A stretch of DNA of 63,360 nt, filler included, from Kipferlia bialata (GCA_003568945.1; 4 parts of 4 records of this genome joined end to end with filler, not necessarily neighbours in it), one strand, 5' to 3'; shown: positions 15,001 to 28,076, counted from the first letter of the whole stretch. Notes: generated from the sequence alone by a model not told the origin. Made by a program: numbers and translations.

Positions 15001-15347
15001 GCTTCTTCACAGCTGCAGAGTGCCCCTGGCTGTGGAGCTTTGTGAGCAGGGTTGGCTTTGGTGGTGATCCCTATGGATCTAGCCCCTACGGGACTGCCGA
15101 GGAGCGTAACGAGTTTGTCTCTGATCTCATCGTGGGTCTGCTCCTAGCCACAGGCTTTGCTGACCTTCCCAACGAGCTGACCGACGCCATTCTCCAGACC
15201 CACGTCGACCTGTCCCGCAGGGTGTCCCCCCAGCTGAGCAAGGCGGCCGTGTCGAAGCTGCAGGGCTCCAGGCTGAGGCAGACTGACGTCAAGATCCGCA
15301 TCGACGCCACATTCGTCGATGAGGTGGTGAGGCAGCTGTCGGTATAA
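93..15347 (+). CDS. Giant multi-exon AAA+ P-loop ATPase-domain protein (~60 introns, >3,000 aa by hand estimate, 5' truncated)
   Basis: Exons join in frame at GT..AG junctions from 93 to the TAA at 15345-15347 (..VVRQLSV*). Walker A RIMLLSSPP-G|AGKT is split by intron 11956-12020; Walker B ILIIDE at 12238-12255; sensor-1-like GLLIANR ~12413-12433. Track ORFs 5605-6576, 7163-8380 and 14862-15347 are its longer exons. Acidic tracts at ~4570-4650 and ~6240-6500. Confidence 0.75.
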
Positions 15348-15485
15348 CGTCTCTTCTTGCCACACTAAATGTATATCGGTATCCTGTCTCTTGAATTCCA
15401 ACATGTTGTGTCATGCCTTCTTAGGTTGTCTTGTTGTATGATATATATCAAAGTCAGAAGAGAATCCTCAGCTACTCCACTCACT

Positions 15486-18400
15486 TCAAAGATAATCAGT
15501 CTCGCTATGAAATCTATGATGATAGTTTGCCAAACAGCCTACTCTTTCCCAATTATCGATGTCGAATGTGGTTCACGGTAAGCGGCACCTATCACGAGTA
15601 AAATATCTTGTGTGCTTCACAAAGAGCCGTTTCTAGATCGGCACGTGCCTGTTTGTAAGTTCAACAAAGAGTGCCTCGCTTGCACGACCAACACTGTGTA
15701 TATAGTGCAACTTCTACACTAGTCACCTGGTTTCCAAGTGCTGCCGCAGCAGCTGCCGCACCAGCAGACTCCTCAGTGTCAGCTACACTGTGCTGTTTCA
15801 ATCCTTTCTGTTCAAGGCTCCGTCTCACTAGTGTTAGCAAGGGATCGAATGACTCATTACCGATCTGTGATCGCGACTATCTGATGAAGACACATCCTTA
15901 CTATTCGGGAATGGTCCCAATACTATCAAAGAAGTCGGAACATAACGCCTCACTTTCTATATGAACCCGGTGGTGTCTGAAGAGATGCATGTGTCCAAAT
16001 GCGGGACCACTGGGTTCCTGAAATCAGAACCATATTACAGTAGTAACTACTGAGTTGTTCTCCCGTGAGGAGTAGAATACAGAAAGAGTCCTACCCACCT
16101 TACACACAGCTACAGAATGTGGGTTGATTGTTGGTCTAAAAGGATAGAGCTGTTGAGGGGAGTCCCTCTGGTTCGAAGTACTCCACCAACGGTCATGACT
16201 GTAGCGCTGGGATCTGGCGGTGTACGACATGTAGCAGTTGTATCCTGGTTCCGACTCAGAGGAAATAGAGCCCAGACCACTGGACTCTGAGGGTCTAGAC
16301 AGTCGCACACGTGTATACATCCTTGGTGTATACTCTGGAATGCCCCTGGGTGACAGTCTCTCTAGGCCTGTCCGAGGATCTGGTAGTTGCTGTGAGGGAC
16401 TCATGGGTGCTACACCAGGAGCAGTACCGATACTGCTAATGGACTCCGTGATATACTTGATATCTTCAGAGCATGTTGGATACAAAGCGGTGAGCTTGGA
16501 GGTGAGTAAAATAGTAAAGCAGTCGTGCGACTGTACTTCTGAGGTTTGTAGTGTAGTGTAGTTATACAGTAAACACAGAGCCATGTAATTGCTTACCTCT
16601 GATGATGACTGGAGAAGACCAAAGACTTCACGAGGGAATGCCACCTTAGCAGACATACAGAGCTGCATGTTGTCACCGTCGGACGATGTCAGAGGTGCGT
16701 CCGTCGCCAGAGTCTCCATCTCTACTGCAGAGCGTAGAAGCGAGCCAAACGTCCTTGGTGTTAGGCACAGATTCTCATGACTCAATCACATATACTATCC
16801 AACTGGTCGGGTATTGGCGGACCTAAAACACCTTTCTGTCTTAGAGCTGATGGTGTAACAAAAACACCCTCATATGTCCTTTAGAGCATTATGGTATGTA
16901 CCTTAAGACTGCCTTGCCAGATATGAGCGTGTATCCTTGCGTGACGTATGACCACACGTCTGGGTGAACTGGAAGTTAGTCTGACCAACTTGTTGAGATG
17001 TATACAGGGTACACTGTGTGTCATTGAAGTCCCATACCCTCGGGAAGTAACCCCCACTGGAGCTTAGAAGGGGCAAGGGGGATGCTGCCTAGCAGCTTCA
17101 GACTCACTCTCGGTAGGACTGACGAAGGTAGCTCTACACCTGCGAGAGCGGCCGTTCGCTGAGTGAGATGTACAATTGGACCTAAATGGATTGCAAAGGC
17201 TTCAATGGTATGATACCAGTCCGCTATACCTGCGGGCAGTCCATTGGGAGGTTGGCTAGTGCCTGCAACACCACCGTCGCATAGACAATCTCCCTAAGGT
17301 CCTCTGTCAGGTATGGCTCGGTCTGATATGTAGGGGCCCTCAACGATGTCGTGATATTCACAATAGCAGCGATCGCAGCAACCTGTTATAAGACTCCATT
17401 TGGCAACAGCTTCCAATGGTAAAAATAACGCTCTGCCTAGTCTACTGAGTATCAAACAGTGTTATCGTACCGAAATGTCAGTGTCAGAGGAACATGCAAA
17501 GATGGCAGCATGACTTAGAGCCCTTAGCAACAGACTCTGATTTGAGTCTCCTAGGAGACCTGCTTGCCCTGCAGTGAGGAAATGAATACATAGACTCAAC
17601 AAGTGTCTTATACAGCAACCGACAACAGATTACTTGATTCCGGCAACCCAACCTAGGATGTGCATAGCTGGTACGACAAGGTCACCAGCGCGCCATGAAC
17701 GAAGACCCTGGAAGTTAGATGAACAATATGAATTCCTTTGAAAGTGTATATCTATAGTACCTTCAGTACTGACAGGATTCTCTCCTCAGTCTCCTCTGTG
17801 GAGTTTGACGCGTCAACCCACTGTTCCCAGCTCGATGCACCTTCTGTGGACTGACTGCTAGTTGCCGTGTCGAGACCATCTGTCGAGGTGCAGGACTGGG
17901 ACTCAGGGATCACGGACTCACCGTCTACCAATTCTCCTGGGCACCTGGGCTCACCACAGACGAGACTCTTCACAGGACGCTTGGACCTCGAGTACTGCAT
18001 AACGTGGGACACAGTGGTACCGACTATGCGCTGGAATGCCCTGGTGTCTCGGAAGAATGACTGAAGGTCCTCGCAGTCCACAGTGTTCATGGTTCGTTTA
18101 GTGTACTGAGAAACCCACTGTAGCAAATCATCAGAGTTCTTGCCAGCGTACTGCCAGAATGTGACGAACAAAGGACTGTCGAGGGCGTGGTACAGGCTCC
18201 CTTTACAACCGGAAGGAGGGTTAAAGACACCGCCTCTGTACTGAAGTTGCTCCTCTGATAGAGGTCCCAGCGCATACACAATGTCACCAGGGAGTCTTGG
18301 ATGATCGGTCCAGATTGCCTGGCGCACTAGGCGCAGCAAGGACTTTCTGGGCTTCAACAGAGCGTGCAGATACGCCTTCTCTCGATTCTGAAACTTAGGT

Positions 18401-21400
18401 GCATGCGCTGGTCCTAAGGACAACCCCTTCATGTACATGTCCACAAGATACTGGACGTGCTCTACCTGTGCCCCCTCTCGAGCAAAGTCTGAGAACACCC
18501 TACTTACTAGAGACCTGTCTGCGTTCAGGCTGATGAGACCAGAGAACATGTCAAGTCTCGCGGTACTCGGTAGCAGCTTGGATAGTGGTCGCAGGAGACA
18601 ATGAAGTTGCGTGTAAGGGTCAGTACGCATGTGACTAGCAAAGCTGTCCACTAGGGTCTGCTGCTGCTGCGGAGCATCCGAAGCAGTCTTCACAATGCCA
18701 CTTAGCGACGAGAACACTCTGTATTCATCACAATGTGGGCTGCTTCTAAGTGCTGCATTAGCAATGCTCCAGTAAGTACTCGAGAATCGGCACTTAGGCA
18801 ATAGCGAAAGAATATCGGTTGCTGTGAGGGAGTGTGTCAGAAAGGGGTCACCGCTCTGAAAGAGACTCAGTAGCACCTCTGGCTGTAGCCTTTGCTGCAA
18901 CTGGAGTACACCTAGCCGTCTCCTTTCGGACCCTGCCTGTCTCCGGGCCCAGGATAGTAACTGAGCTAGTATGAGAGGGTGCAAGGTGCGACCCGACCCC
19001 AGCACCAGCTCTAACTCGGACAGAGAGAGACCAAGGGGGATAGAGGCACGACTGAGTCGGGACTCACTGTGCATGATACCAACTGTCAATCTGGTAAGAG
19101 AGGGACCTGGCCGTAAACCAAGCTCATCCAGAGAGAAGACTGGGGCAAATGGGAGCTGTTGAGAGAGTGCCGAGGCGAGTGGTGGAATTTGATCCAGCCA
19201 CATGTGGTCGTCCCCATCTAGAGCAACAGAGATCACTTCTCTAAGTGACACTGGGGGAAGGTCAAGTAAGCACCCAGCTGCTCTGGTCACTGCTATCTTC
19301 CTAGCGGAGTCACAGAGAGCAGACAGACACGCGGCCCTTGTATAGACGAGAAGCCCTTGGCTACGGCTTTGCCATCCGTCTTCACATACTGAGGCAGTTG
19401 CAATATCCAGCCACAGAGATGAGATTCTTGCTGCTTGCCTCCATGGAGACAGAGCCGTGGTCTCTGTACCAAACATCAGTCTGAGCAGTCGCATAGGGGA
19501 GTCTGAGTACGCTCTTGTGAGCTCCTCTGCCACAACCAGTGCGTCCAAATGAGACAAAGGCACTGTCGTGTATCCTGTCCTAGATAGCTCAGAGGGCTTA
19601 GTGTATGTGACTCCAAGGAGATAGTGCCCAAGCAATGTGTTCTCCCGTGTCTCAACGTCGTCAACTCCAATACTAGCCGCTGACGAATCTGACACTGGCC
19701 ATACACTCTTGATACAAGAGAGATGTGCCATGAGTAAACCCTGCTGGGATCGAGTGGGTAGAGAGAGTAGCAGCTTAGCAAGCGCCGACTGGCCGTGGTG
19801 TTCGAGTATGAGGCGTGTTAGTGCTACTTCTAATGGGGACGGGAGTAACACCCTCTCCTTACTAGACCACTTGGACATACACCGGCTGATAGCTATGAGA
19901 AGGCGAGGAGTCAGTTCCCTGTGATGGTGTTCCAGAAGGGGTATTAGACCACTGTCCCACGTATGCGAAGGACCTGTCTGTTCACAGTTATCAATCTGAG
20001 ATATGTTATTGAACAGGCGGCAGAGGTCGGACTCAGCGGGAAAGCGCCTTGTCGCCAGCCACTGTCCAGTATAGTTGGGACTAGACTGCTTGGCTGTGTT
20101 CCAGTGAAGGTACTCAGTTAGACCAGTAACGGCTGCTGCAACACTAGAATAGTAGCATTCCGGCTCTACAGCAGGCGTGAACCGCAGAAGAGAGGACAAC
20201 AGTGACCAGTCTTTCGGATAGAGTGTGATCCTTGGTAGGTCAGCCCATGCAGCAGGGTTGTCAAAGAGAGACAAGAGCTCTAGAGCATACTGAATGGACT
20301 CACTCCTACCCAGTACTTCATTCGATCTGAGCTGTTGGGGGTTGCAGTGAGGGTGGGTGTCCTCCACCAGAATGTGACTTGCTAGGAGAAGCACAGTGGC
20401 TTTGACACTCATGCGATCACTCTGACGCAGCCAACGACACAGACACTGTGTCGACAACTTCTTGCTCATAATCAGTCGTCCCAAGAAATCTCTTGACAGT
20501 AATCCTGGGCCAAAGCACTCAGGACCAACGGGTAGGGTGTATGGATGCACAACAGGAAGGCGGCTGAGATCTAACCGCGGTACCACCCAAGTCAGTATCT
20601 CTGCTGGCAGGTCAAGGAGATAGTCGGGGAACTGGGTGATCAGTTCCATCAGATGGCCCTGAGGTACCCTCAACAACCGAGTCCACAGGGGACCAACATC
20701 CAGTGGTGAGGTGTCAGGATTGGCCCTTTGTGACTGCTCCATCACTAGCACAGTATGCTCTGCGAGACACAGCAGGTTCTTGGGTCTCAGCAGTTCAGAG
20801 ACAAGGTCAAGTCTGGCTAGGGTAAACACCCGCTGCAGCCTGTCCCACTGGGAGTGTGTCAGGTCAGAGAGGGGCAGCTGCACAGAGTCCCGACGGCAAA
20901 GAGCTGCTGCTACTCTAGATGTAGGGTCCTCAAAACTGTAAGGTTCCAGCAATGCTACCACGTCTGACTGAAGGGTTTCAGCGCGTAACAGTGGGGCCAT
21001 GGCACTGACATGACGTCTGTCAGGAGCACGAAGGTACATGCAGTACTCATGGATGGCAGCACTCGCCATCTGAGAGGTACATCGTACATTAAGATCAGGG
21101 AACTGTCTCAGCCTTGCGGCATAGCGCCAGTCTTGTGTCGTTAGCTCCAGTGTGTATCCGTGCCACGGTTTGCCGCCAAAGAGAGACAGAATCTCAGACA
21201 CATATGCTTTGGTACTGTGTTCCGCACTTGTGTGAGTCCACTGGTGCGTGTACCGCCGATAGAGTGGTGACGTCAGTGCTAACAACACCTGTGCCAGAAC
21301 GTGGAAGACACTCATCCCTGTGACTCTGTCTCTGGACTGTCTCAGCCAAGGTACAAGGACACTTGTGGACACTACCTGTCGATGGACCAACGCTGCAGCA

Positions 21401-24400
21401 AAACTGGTTGGCTGACCACCAGGTAAGAATGCCACAATGTCAAGTGAGGGGGTAGTTGTATTGAGGTCGTCCACTGCTAGTCTCGGGAGTATCCACTCAA
21501 GGATAGGAGCAGGCAAATCTAGTAGCCACAGAGGTGGACACTCTATCAGATCTGTATAATACTGCGGGATCTTGAGTAGTCTGTCCCACAGATTTGGCTT
21601 TGGTCCGGAATCATGTGCAAATCTGTTGGCACAGGTTGACACGCCAAGAAGAGACACAGTCCACGAGGACAGTGACAACAGCGCGGAGGGTCTTAGGACT
21701 GTGTCATAGAGTGATGGTCCGTCTGGCACAGCAGCAATGACTCTCTCTACAACATCCCACTGGGCGGGAGTGAGGTCCATCAACCCAAGTTCCTCCTGCT
21801 CTCTGGGGAGTAACACACATGCACTCGGCACAACAGACACCAACCCCAGACACATCGACTCCTCAGCACCACTTCGCAACAGTGGGAGAAGGCAGGATGG
21901 GAGATGAGATGGGTACTGCAGTAGACTGTCTGTTGGCAGAACTGACAGGATTGACGACAAGCACACATGCCCTGGGGCACGACAAGCAGCCAGCAACAAG
22001 TTGTCTGAATCGGTGGCCACTTGACTCTCAGTTTTAGGCTCCACCTCTTCTCCGTCATCACTCTCCTTCTTCTCCAGGCACTGAAGCCCACACCAGCGAT
22101 GTACCTCTTCCAGAGTAAAGAGAGACAAGAGAGACTCTGCCTTGCACCACACTGCCTCGAGACACACCTCTCGGCGCAGTGTCTCGTACAGTCCCTCCTC
22201 AGTGGCTGGGCAGAGTACACTCACAAGATGAGCTGCCAGGTCTGTGTGACCGTGCCGTAGAGCACTGATGACTGGACTCTTCACTGCTCCTCCAGATCCA
22301 TGGCCCCACAACTTCCTCACCTGCTCCACTCCTATATACTTGATTAGGGAATCAGCCAACTGCTCTGCACCCAGCCCCCCATGTCTAGCCACTATGTGTA
22401 GCGGTGAGCAGCCGTTGACAGTGGCAACAACGGCAGCTTCCAATGACCCTGCGGCAGTACTTGTCCACCCAGTACTCTGTGCAGCGTATACAGCAGCAAA
22501 CTTGGGTGATAGCATTGCATCCAACAGACTGTGTAGTCTAGTCTCACTGACATAGGGTATCTGCTCTAGCAGAGTGTGGACAACAGTGGTACCCATAACG
22601 TCAGGGGAGAGAGTAGGCAGAGATTGGAACAGCGTGTTACCAGTGAGGAGGGATATATCTGCCACACCCCTTCTGGCTGCCTCTTCCCATATGTACTCTA
22701 CTTTATGGCAGTCAGTATGGGTGGGACGGTACTGGCCACTGCTAGTCGGGGCACCACTAGATATCGGTGGATCCCTCAACCCGCCGAGTAGGTTGATGGC
22801 TGAGCAGGGTGGGAGACACATACCGTAAGTGCCCAGAAGGTGCAGTCTCTGGGGATGCAGTGCCACTTCACAAGGGGTACGGCCGTAGTTGTCCACACGA
22901 TGAAGTGCCGCCGCCAGTACCCCGTTGTCTTGTAGCTGTGCTAATAGAGTAGTGTCCCCTATATATACAGCCCTGTGTGCAAGTGTGGCACCCTCACCAT
23001 CTACAGCAGTATAGTGGAGGGCACTGGCAATGCCCTCTTCTAGGCAGCCTCTTTCCACGGCCTGTACTAGGGCAGTCTCATTGAGGCCGTCTGGAACGTC
23101 ACACGAGTACAAGACTGCCTGGACGTGCAAGGGCAACTCAGTAAAGGGAGGGCCTGTAGCCAGCTGGACCTGGTACTCTAGCGGAAGCATACTGGAGGGT
23201 ATACGGACTAGGGGTACTGGCACTATGGGAAGGGGGTTGGCCCACTCTCGTGGGAGTATTGTCTGAGGCTCTTCACGAAGAGGCAGCAACTTGGATGTGC
23301 CTACTGCTGCCGTACCTAATGTGAGACTGAAGATATGTAGTTGGGTATATATGTAACAGAATAGGAACATTCAATACTGTTAGAAGAAAGATATCCATAT
23401 GGACCGGCAGTACATAGAACTCTACCTGACAACGGACACACTCCTGTGTCTGTCGATGCACCAGGTAGAGTCAATGGCTGCTCTGCCATGGGGTCTGGGA
23501 CACTGTCCCTGACAAACCTACTCTGGAGTCCTGTTGCTTAGAATCAGACCCACTATGTTGTTGAGGTACGTAATGGTGTCGTGCCCAATTTACAATAGAA
23601 TATCATGCCGATACTTTTGCTGTACCTGCTGGGGGTTCACTTGAGTACTTTGCAAAGATCCTGTGAATGATCCATCGGGGTACCGGGTGTGTATCTCCGG
23701 CGGGTGTGACCTTCCCAGCACTACTCCAGTCCTCTAGCAACTTGGCGGCAGCATCTAGTATGCTCTGTTCTGGAGTCTCTGGCACTAAGTGACCCTCAGC
23801 TCTCTCATTTGTCACCACACCCGCATCAGAACAAGCAATTGGGCTCTCTACGTCAATAACAGGTATAGGGACATTAGCTGGTGTAAATGAACAGCTAGGG
23901 AGCGGTCAAGAGTTAGAGAAACGAGTGTTTGTTAAACTGATATACCTATTGCCGCGTATACTCCCTGTAGGGTCCCAGAGCTACTCTGTCTCTGACAGTA
24001 CCGTTGAACGACACTATCCTCAATGCACTGACACTCAGCGCCTACTCCAGTGAGGAGAAGCCTCACGTTACTGTAGGGCCTAGACTTAGACCCATATAGC
24101 ATCTCGAGGTGCTCCTCTATCGATGCACATATGTGTGAGAGAGTGTGTCCTAAGACCCCAATCGTCTCCTCCTGAGTCAACACCAGAGACCCCTTTTGCA
24201 GTTCTTCCCTCCCCTGTATAGACTCGGGGAGAGACACCAAGGCGAAGGAAGGAACCTGAGAGTAAGTGGCTTTAGAATCAAATGGATTATGCATACTATG
24301 TTTTACACAGTGCTCTGTTCGTGTTAAACACTGTCACAGTGTTACACTGTGTGAGTGTTAGTGTAGAGCAACTGACACATACCGGCACCATGAGGCAGCC

Positions 24401-25862
24401 TTCCTTATCTGGGCTCAGAGCACACTTGGACAGGTCCCACTCCAGTGCCTGCTCACGGATAGACACTAGGAAATCGGTCATCTCCCTTGTCTCCATCCCG
24501 TTGAGCATGTCCCACAGTGCAGTCCCTACACTGTCAGTCCCACACCCACTGACTATGGAGTGGGAGAGGGGGGCGCGGGTAGTGCCAGGTGTCTGAGGAC
24601 TGACATTAGAAAGGGAGAGAGACCCTTTATATCCAGAACAGTCGCTAGTAGACAAGTACTCTGGAGACTACGCACAACCACCCACCTCATTGCCGTGACC
24701 TCCACTGCACTCTCCCCCACATCCACCACCAGACACACATCCCCAGGGTCCAGCGGCATAGCACACCCATCCCCAGACACAGCGTGATGCATAGCTGCCT
24801 CAGCTCTGGAGATGATGCCTATGCGAGGGTCGTTGTGCGGCACACGACACGCATACCCTGCCGCCAGATACAGCTTGTGTCTCTCCTTGGTGCCCCAGGT
24901 AACAGGCACCGGGAACACCCTGGGGTGAGTGGACAGTATGTGTATACTATATATATAGAGGAAGCTAATGTATTCACTGAGAGAATGGATGGAAGAGATA
25001 GAAAAGACAATGAGTGTAAGCGTGTAGGGATACAGAATAGAGTCTACGAGAGGGACATGGAGGATGGGGTGGGGGGGGGGGGGGGGAAGAACATGGCATA
25101 CCATACTGCTGTATCCAGGGTGTCTTCTCTCTCCTCACTCGACAACATGGAGAGAGCTGTGGACCATATGTTTCTGGCAGTTAAACAGGGTGCAAGTAAT
25201 CTAGAGCAACTACGCCTCTCTCTATTTAGGAATCAGCGTGTTATATCAAACCGGTACACTCATGTATGTATGTATAGGTCAAAGCCTTGAAAATTGGAAG
25301 ACGTCCCACCAACATTCAGTTTGCAGAAGTCTACATATATGCATTGAGAGTAGATGACATGAGGTGTCTACAGTTACAGCCTACCCTACCTCAGATACTC
25401 AGACAGAGGGGCCTTCGGCTCTGGACTCACAGCCTATCGTCAGCGGCGGGTATATGTCTTAGATGAAATAGGGGCAGTCAATGCAATGACTATATGTACA
25501 GGGAGAGAGACATGAATTGAGATATGAAGTCCATGTCAGAATCTACCCGATAGTCAAATCATAGCATATCAAAGTGAAGCCATAGCATACGTCTCCTTAA
25601 CGACACATGATGCCATGTGGACTATAGATACACCAGTGGTCTGGTCGCTAATACGGGAGAAAGCGTAGAAGATATACATACCGATGTCGAGCCATACTCC
25701 CCTTTCCCTCGCCCAGCTATCGACACCCGTCTGGTTCGGATGTCCACCCACACTTGTAGGGGTACCGCACTGGCAGAGGATGGATCTGCCCCATGGGGCA
25801 TCCCTCTCTCTGCTGCTATAGAGACAGGTGAGTGGAAGGGACCCTCTCAGAGAGCTTGTCAT
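15486..25862 (-). CDS. Giant protein: degenerate Hsp70/HSPA12-like domain + ankyrin repeats + duplicated unit (ends approximate)
   Basis: HSPA12-like motifs W|VFPVPVTW (~24896-24920), IISRAEAAM, VCLVVDVGESAVEV (~24697-24738), LLLTGVGAEC (~24030-24062). Phase-compatible splices link these via exons at ~23620-23878 and ~23427-23537 to a 5,555-nt exon (17761-23315) with ankyrin motifs. A donor at 17760 (AAG|gtacta) and acceptor ctaacttccag at 17708 carry the frame through small exons into ORF 16024-16785 and to a TGA at 15573 or 15486. Confidence 0.6.
22230..23010 (-). other. Ankyrin-repeat region within the large exon
   Basis: DGEGATLAHRAVYIGD, DNYGRTPCEVA, NGCSPLHIVARHG and KSPVISALRHGHTDLAAHL match the G-x-T-P-L-H-x-A ankyrin consensus. 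Confidence 0.7.
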
Positions 25863-26317
25863 CTCATCTACACCCCTAATTGAATTACTCGACAAAAAAG
25901 TTGACAGCTATTCTTTGACTCAACGGCAACGAGTCATTGTGTAGCAGTTCTCTCTATTCAATGCAGCCACAGTATGGAAATATCGCCGCCAAACTGAACC
26001 ATATATAAATCCTTGTATGGTCTCTAGACTGGTCCACGAGGGGACTCGATGCAAATAGAGTGGGCAGAGTCATGAATAACAATGGTGATGGGCATCTCCA
26101 CCTCAGTGAGAGAAGAGGTGATAGAGTATACAGCCACATTGAATGCCATCCATAGACCGACAGCAGAAAGGGGAGCACCAATACGCTGGTAGGGATTCCT
26201 AAGGAGCAACCCAACACGAGCGTATAGCAGGTAGTCTAGCCCACAGGCACTACTCGAAACTCATTGAGGAGAGGGAGTGGGCACGATGGTGATGAGAGTG
26301 ATGTAGTGGTCTGTGCC

Positions 26318-28076
26318 TCACAGGCCATAGTTCCTGAGGGCATCCTGCACCATATCATCTGAGACAGCGCCTGGGGGTGAGGCGGTGTATATACTAGGGT
26401 GCAGCATATATCACAGAGCTGAGCCTCCAATACAATGACTGACCTCACGCAATACTGGTCAATCTGTATGTTGTATTGTATCCCCACCTGTGTCCGATGT
26501 GGCGGCCAGGACCTCGTCCAGGGAGTACTGGTCAGCTGGGGCCTGGGCCAAGGTGCGCATCGTGTAGCCCAGCGCTCTGTCTGCTCTGGACAACACGGCC
26601 TAAAGAGTAAGGGTAGTAAAGAAGACCGGTGGATATACTACTCTCTCTCTATACTGCACATGCATATACCTTCATGAGCTTGGAGTCTGTGACAGAGCAT
26701 GGGCAGAAGGACACGAGGCCAAAGGTATCCAGGATCTCACCCACAGACGTGTTGAGAGTCTGGGGTGAGATGAGATGCCCAGACAGATGAGGCACTAGTA
26801 TTACACTGTATATATGATGGTATCACTATTCGTACATGTTCCTATACATACCTTAAACCTCTGTATGCTGGGCAGGCTGGGCAGAGACTCTGCGATGGTA
26901 TGTATGTGGAGGCCATCAGTGTAGTCACTCATGTTGAATGGGAGTCCCTCCCTGCCCCCAATGTCTATCTTGGACAGCACATTGACAGAGGGGGTCTCAA
27001 ACATGCACATCTGGGGTAAGGGGGCAGGTGCAGTATAGAAGAGTTCAAATATAGTCCCTGACTTGACTGTGGGCTATATATACATACATAAATACACCCC
27101 CACCTGACTGAGGGACAGCAGGGCCATGGATATGTACTTGGACGTGTCTATCAAGAGACACGAGTCACAGAGGTGCACAGTTACTAGCTGGGGGGTCAGA
27201 TGCGTCTATATCACTGGGGAAGAGTGGATTACAACCCTAGCATAACCCCTACCTCCCACCCCCCATCCTTCTGCAGTGCCCTCACTATGTCCCTCAGTGC
27301 AGTGTGGCATGAGAACAGCTCCACCTGGCCTGGCAGATCAAACAGCACATAGCAGTCCTGGGGGTTGGGAGAGGGAGGGAGGGAGAGTATACCATCGCGT
27401 ACTCACTCTCACCCACCTCGTGCTTGGCCAGCTCTGCCACCAGCCAGTCTGTCTCCTCTAGTAGGTACTCCATGCAGTGCAGGAGGGCACCATTGGGGCC
27501 AAGGTCCAACTCGTCCTGGGGGTCAGAGGTATCACTGGATATGGGTGTATGAGAGGTGGGTGTGGGAGGTGTGCGGACCGTTAGGTGTGCACAGTTCTTA
27601 TGTACTATATGGGAAAGAAGACACGATACCCCCCCCCCCCTCCCCTTCCCTGGTATACTTTGAGTAGAATCACACCCTCACTTCATCCATATAGCTATAC
27701 ATACCTGCACGTCCTGCACTGTGACCAGGTCTCTGACGTCGATAGTGGGTTCATAGGTAAGTGATCCACTGCCTGTGGGTGGGTGGGTGTCATCAGGGTA
27801 GAAGAGAGGGATAGAAGAGAGATAGAGGGGTATCTACATATCTACCATACTCTCTGACCTGGGTCCAGGTTGCACACTATGGTCTTCCTGCCCATCTGGT
27901 TGGCAATGTCACACATCCCAGTGCAGTAGGTGCTCTTGCCAGCACCTAGGGGTCAGAGGGGGGGGGGGGTGAGGGGTCAACATGGAGATACTGACGGAAG
28001 GAGCATCCCAATACACAATCCCAATCTATACAGACCACCCACCTGGCGGCCCAATCACCAGCTGTCCGAAGGGCAT
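26318..28076 (-). CDS. GPN2: GPN-loop GTPase 2
   Basis: Spliced MPFGQLVIGPP-G|AGKSTYCTGM..VCNLDP; LGPNGALLHCMEYL (GPN motif, ~27470-27506); YVLFDLPGQVELF; PSVNVLSKID; ends LRNYGL* (TGA 26318-26320). N-terminus and DxPGQVELF fit GPN2 (GPN3 is the near alternative). Confidence 0.9.

Noticed and set aside
93..15347. Naming the giant AAA gene RNF213, midasin or dynein
   Set aside because: No RING, MIDAS or dynein signature motifs recognised and only one intact P-loop; needs a profile search.
17752..23370. 1,872-aa ORF as a stand-alone gene, transposon or viral insert
   Set aside because: No RT, integrase or transposase motifs and no terminal repeats; it has a splice acceptor at 23316 and a donor at 17760, so it is an internal exon.
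25954..26217. Small hydrophobic minus-strand ORF between GPN2 and the Hsp70-like gene
   Set aside because: Non-ATG start, no recognisable motif; could be UTR or an unresolved 5' exon.
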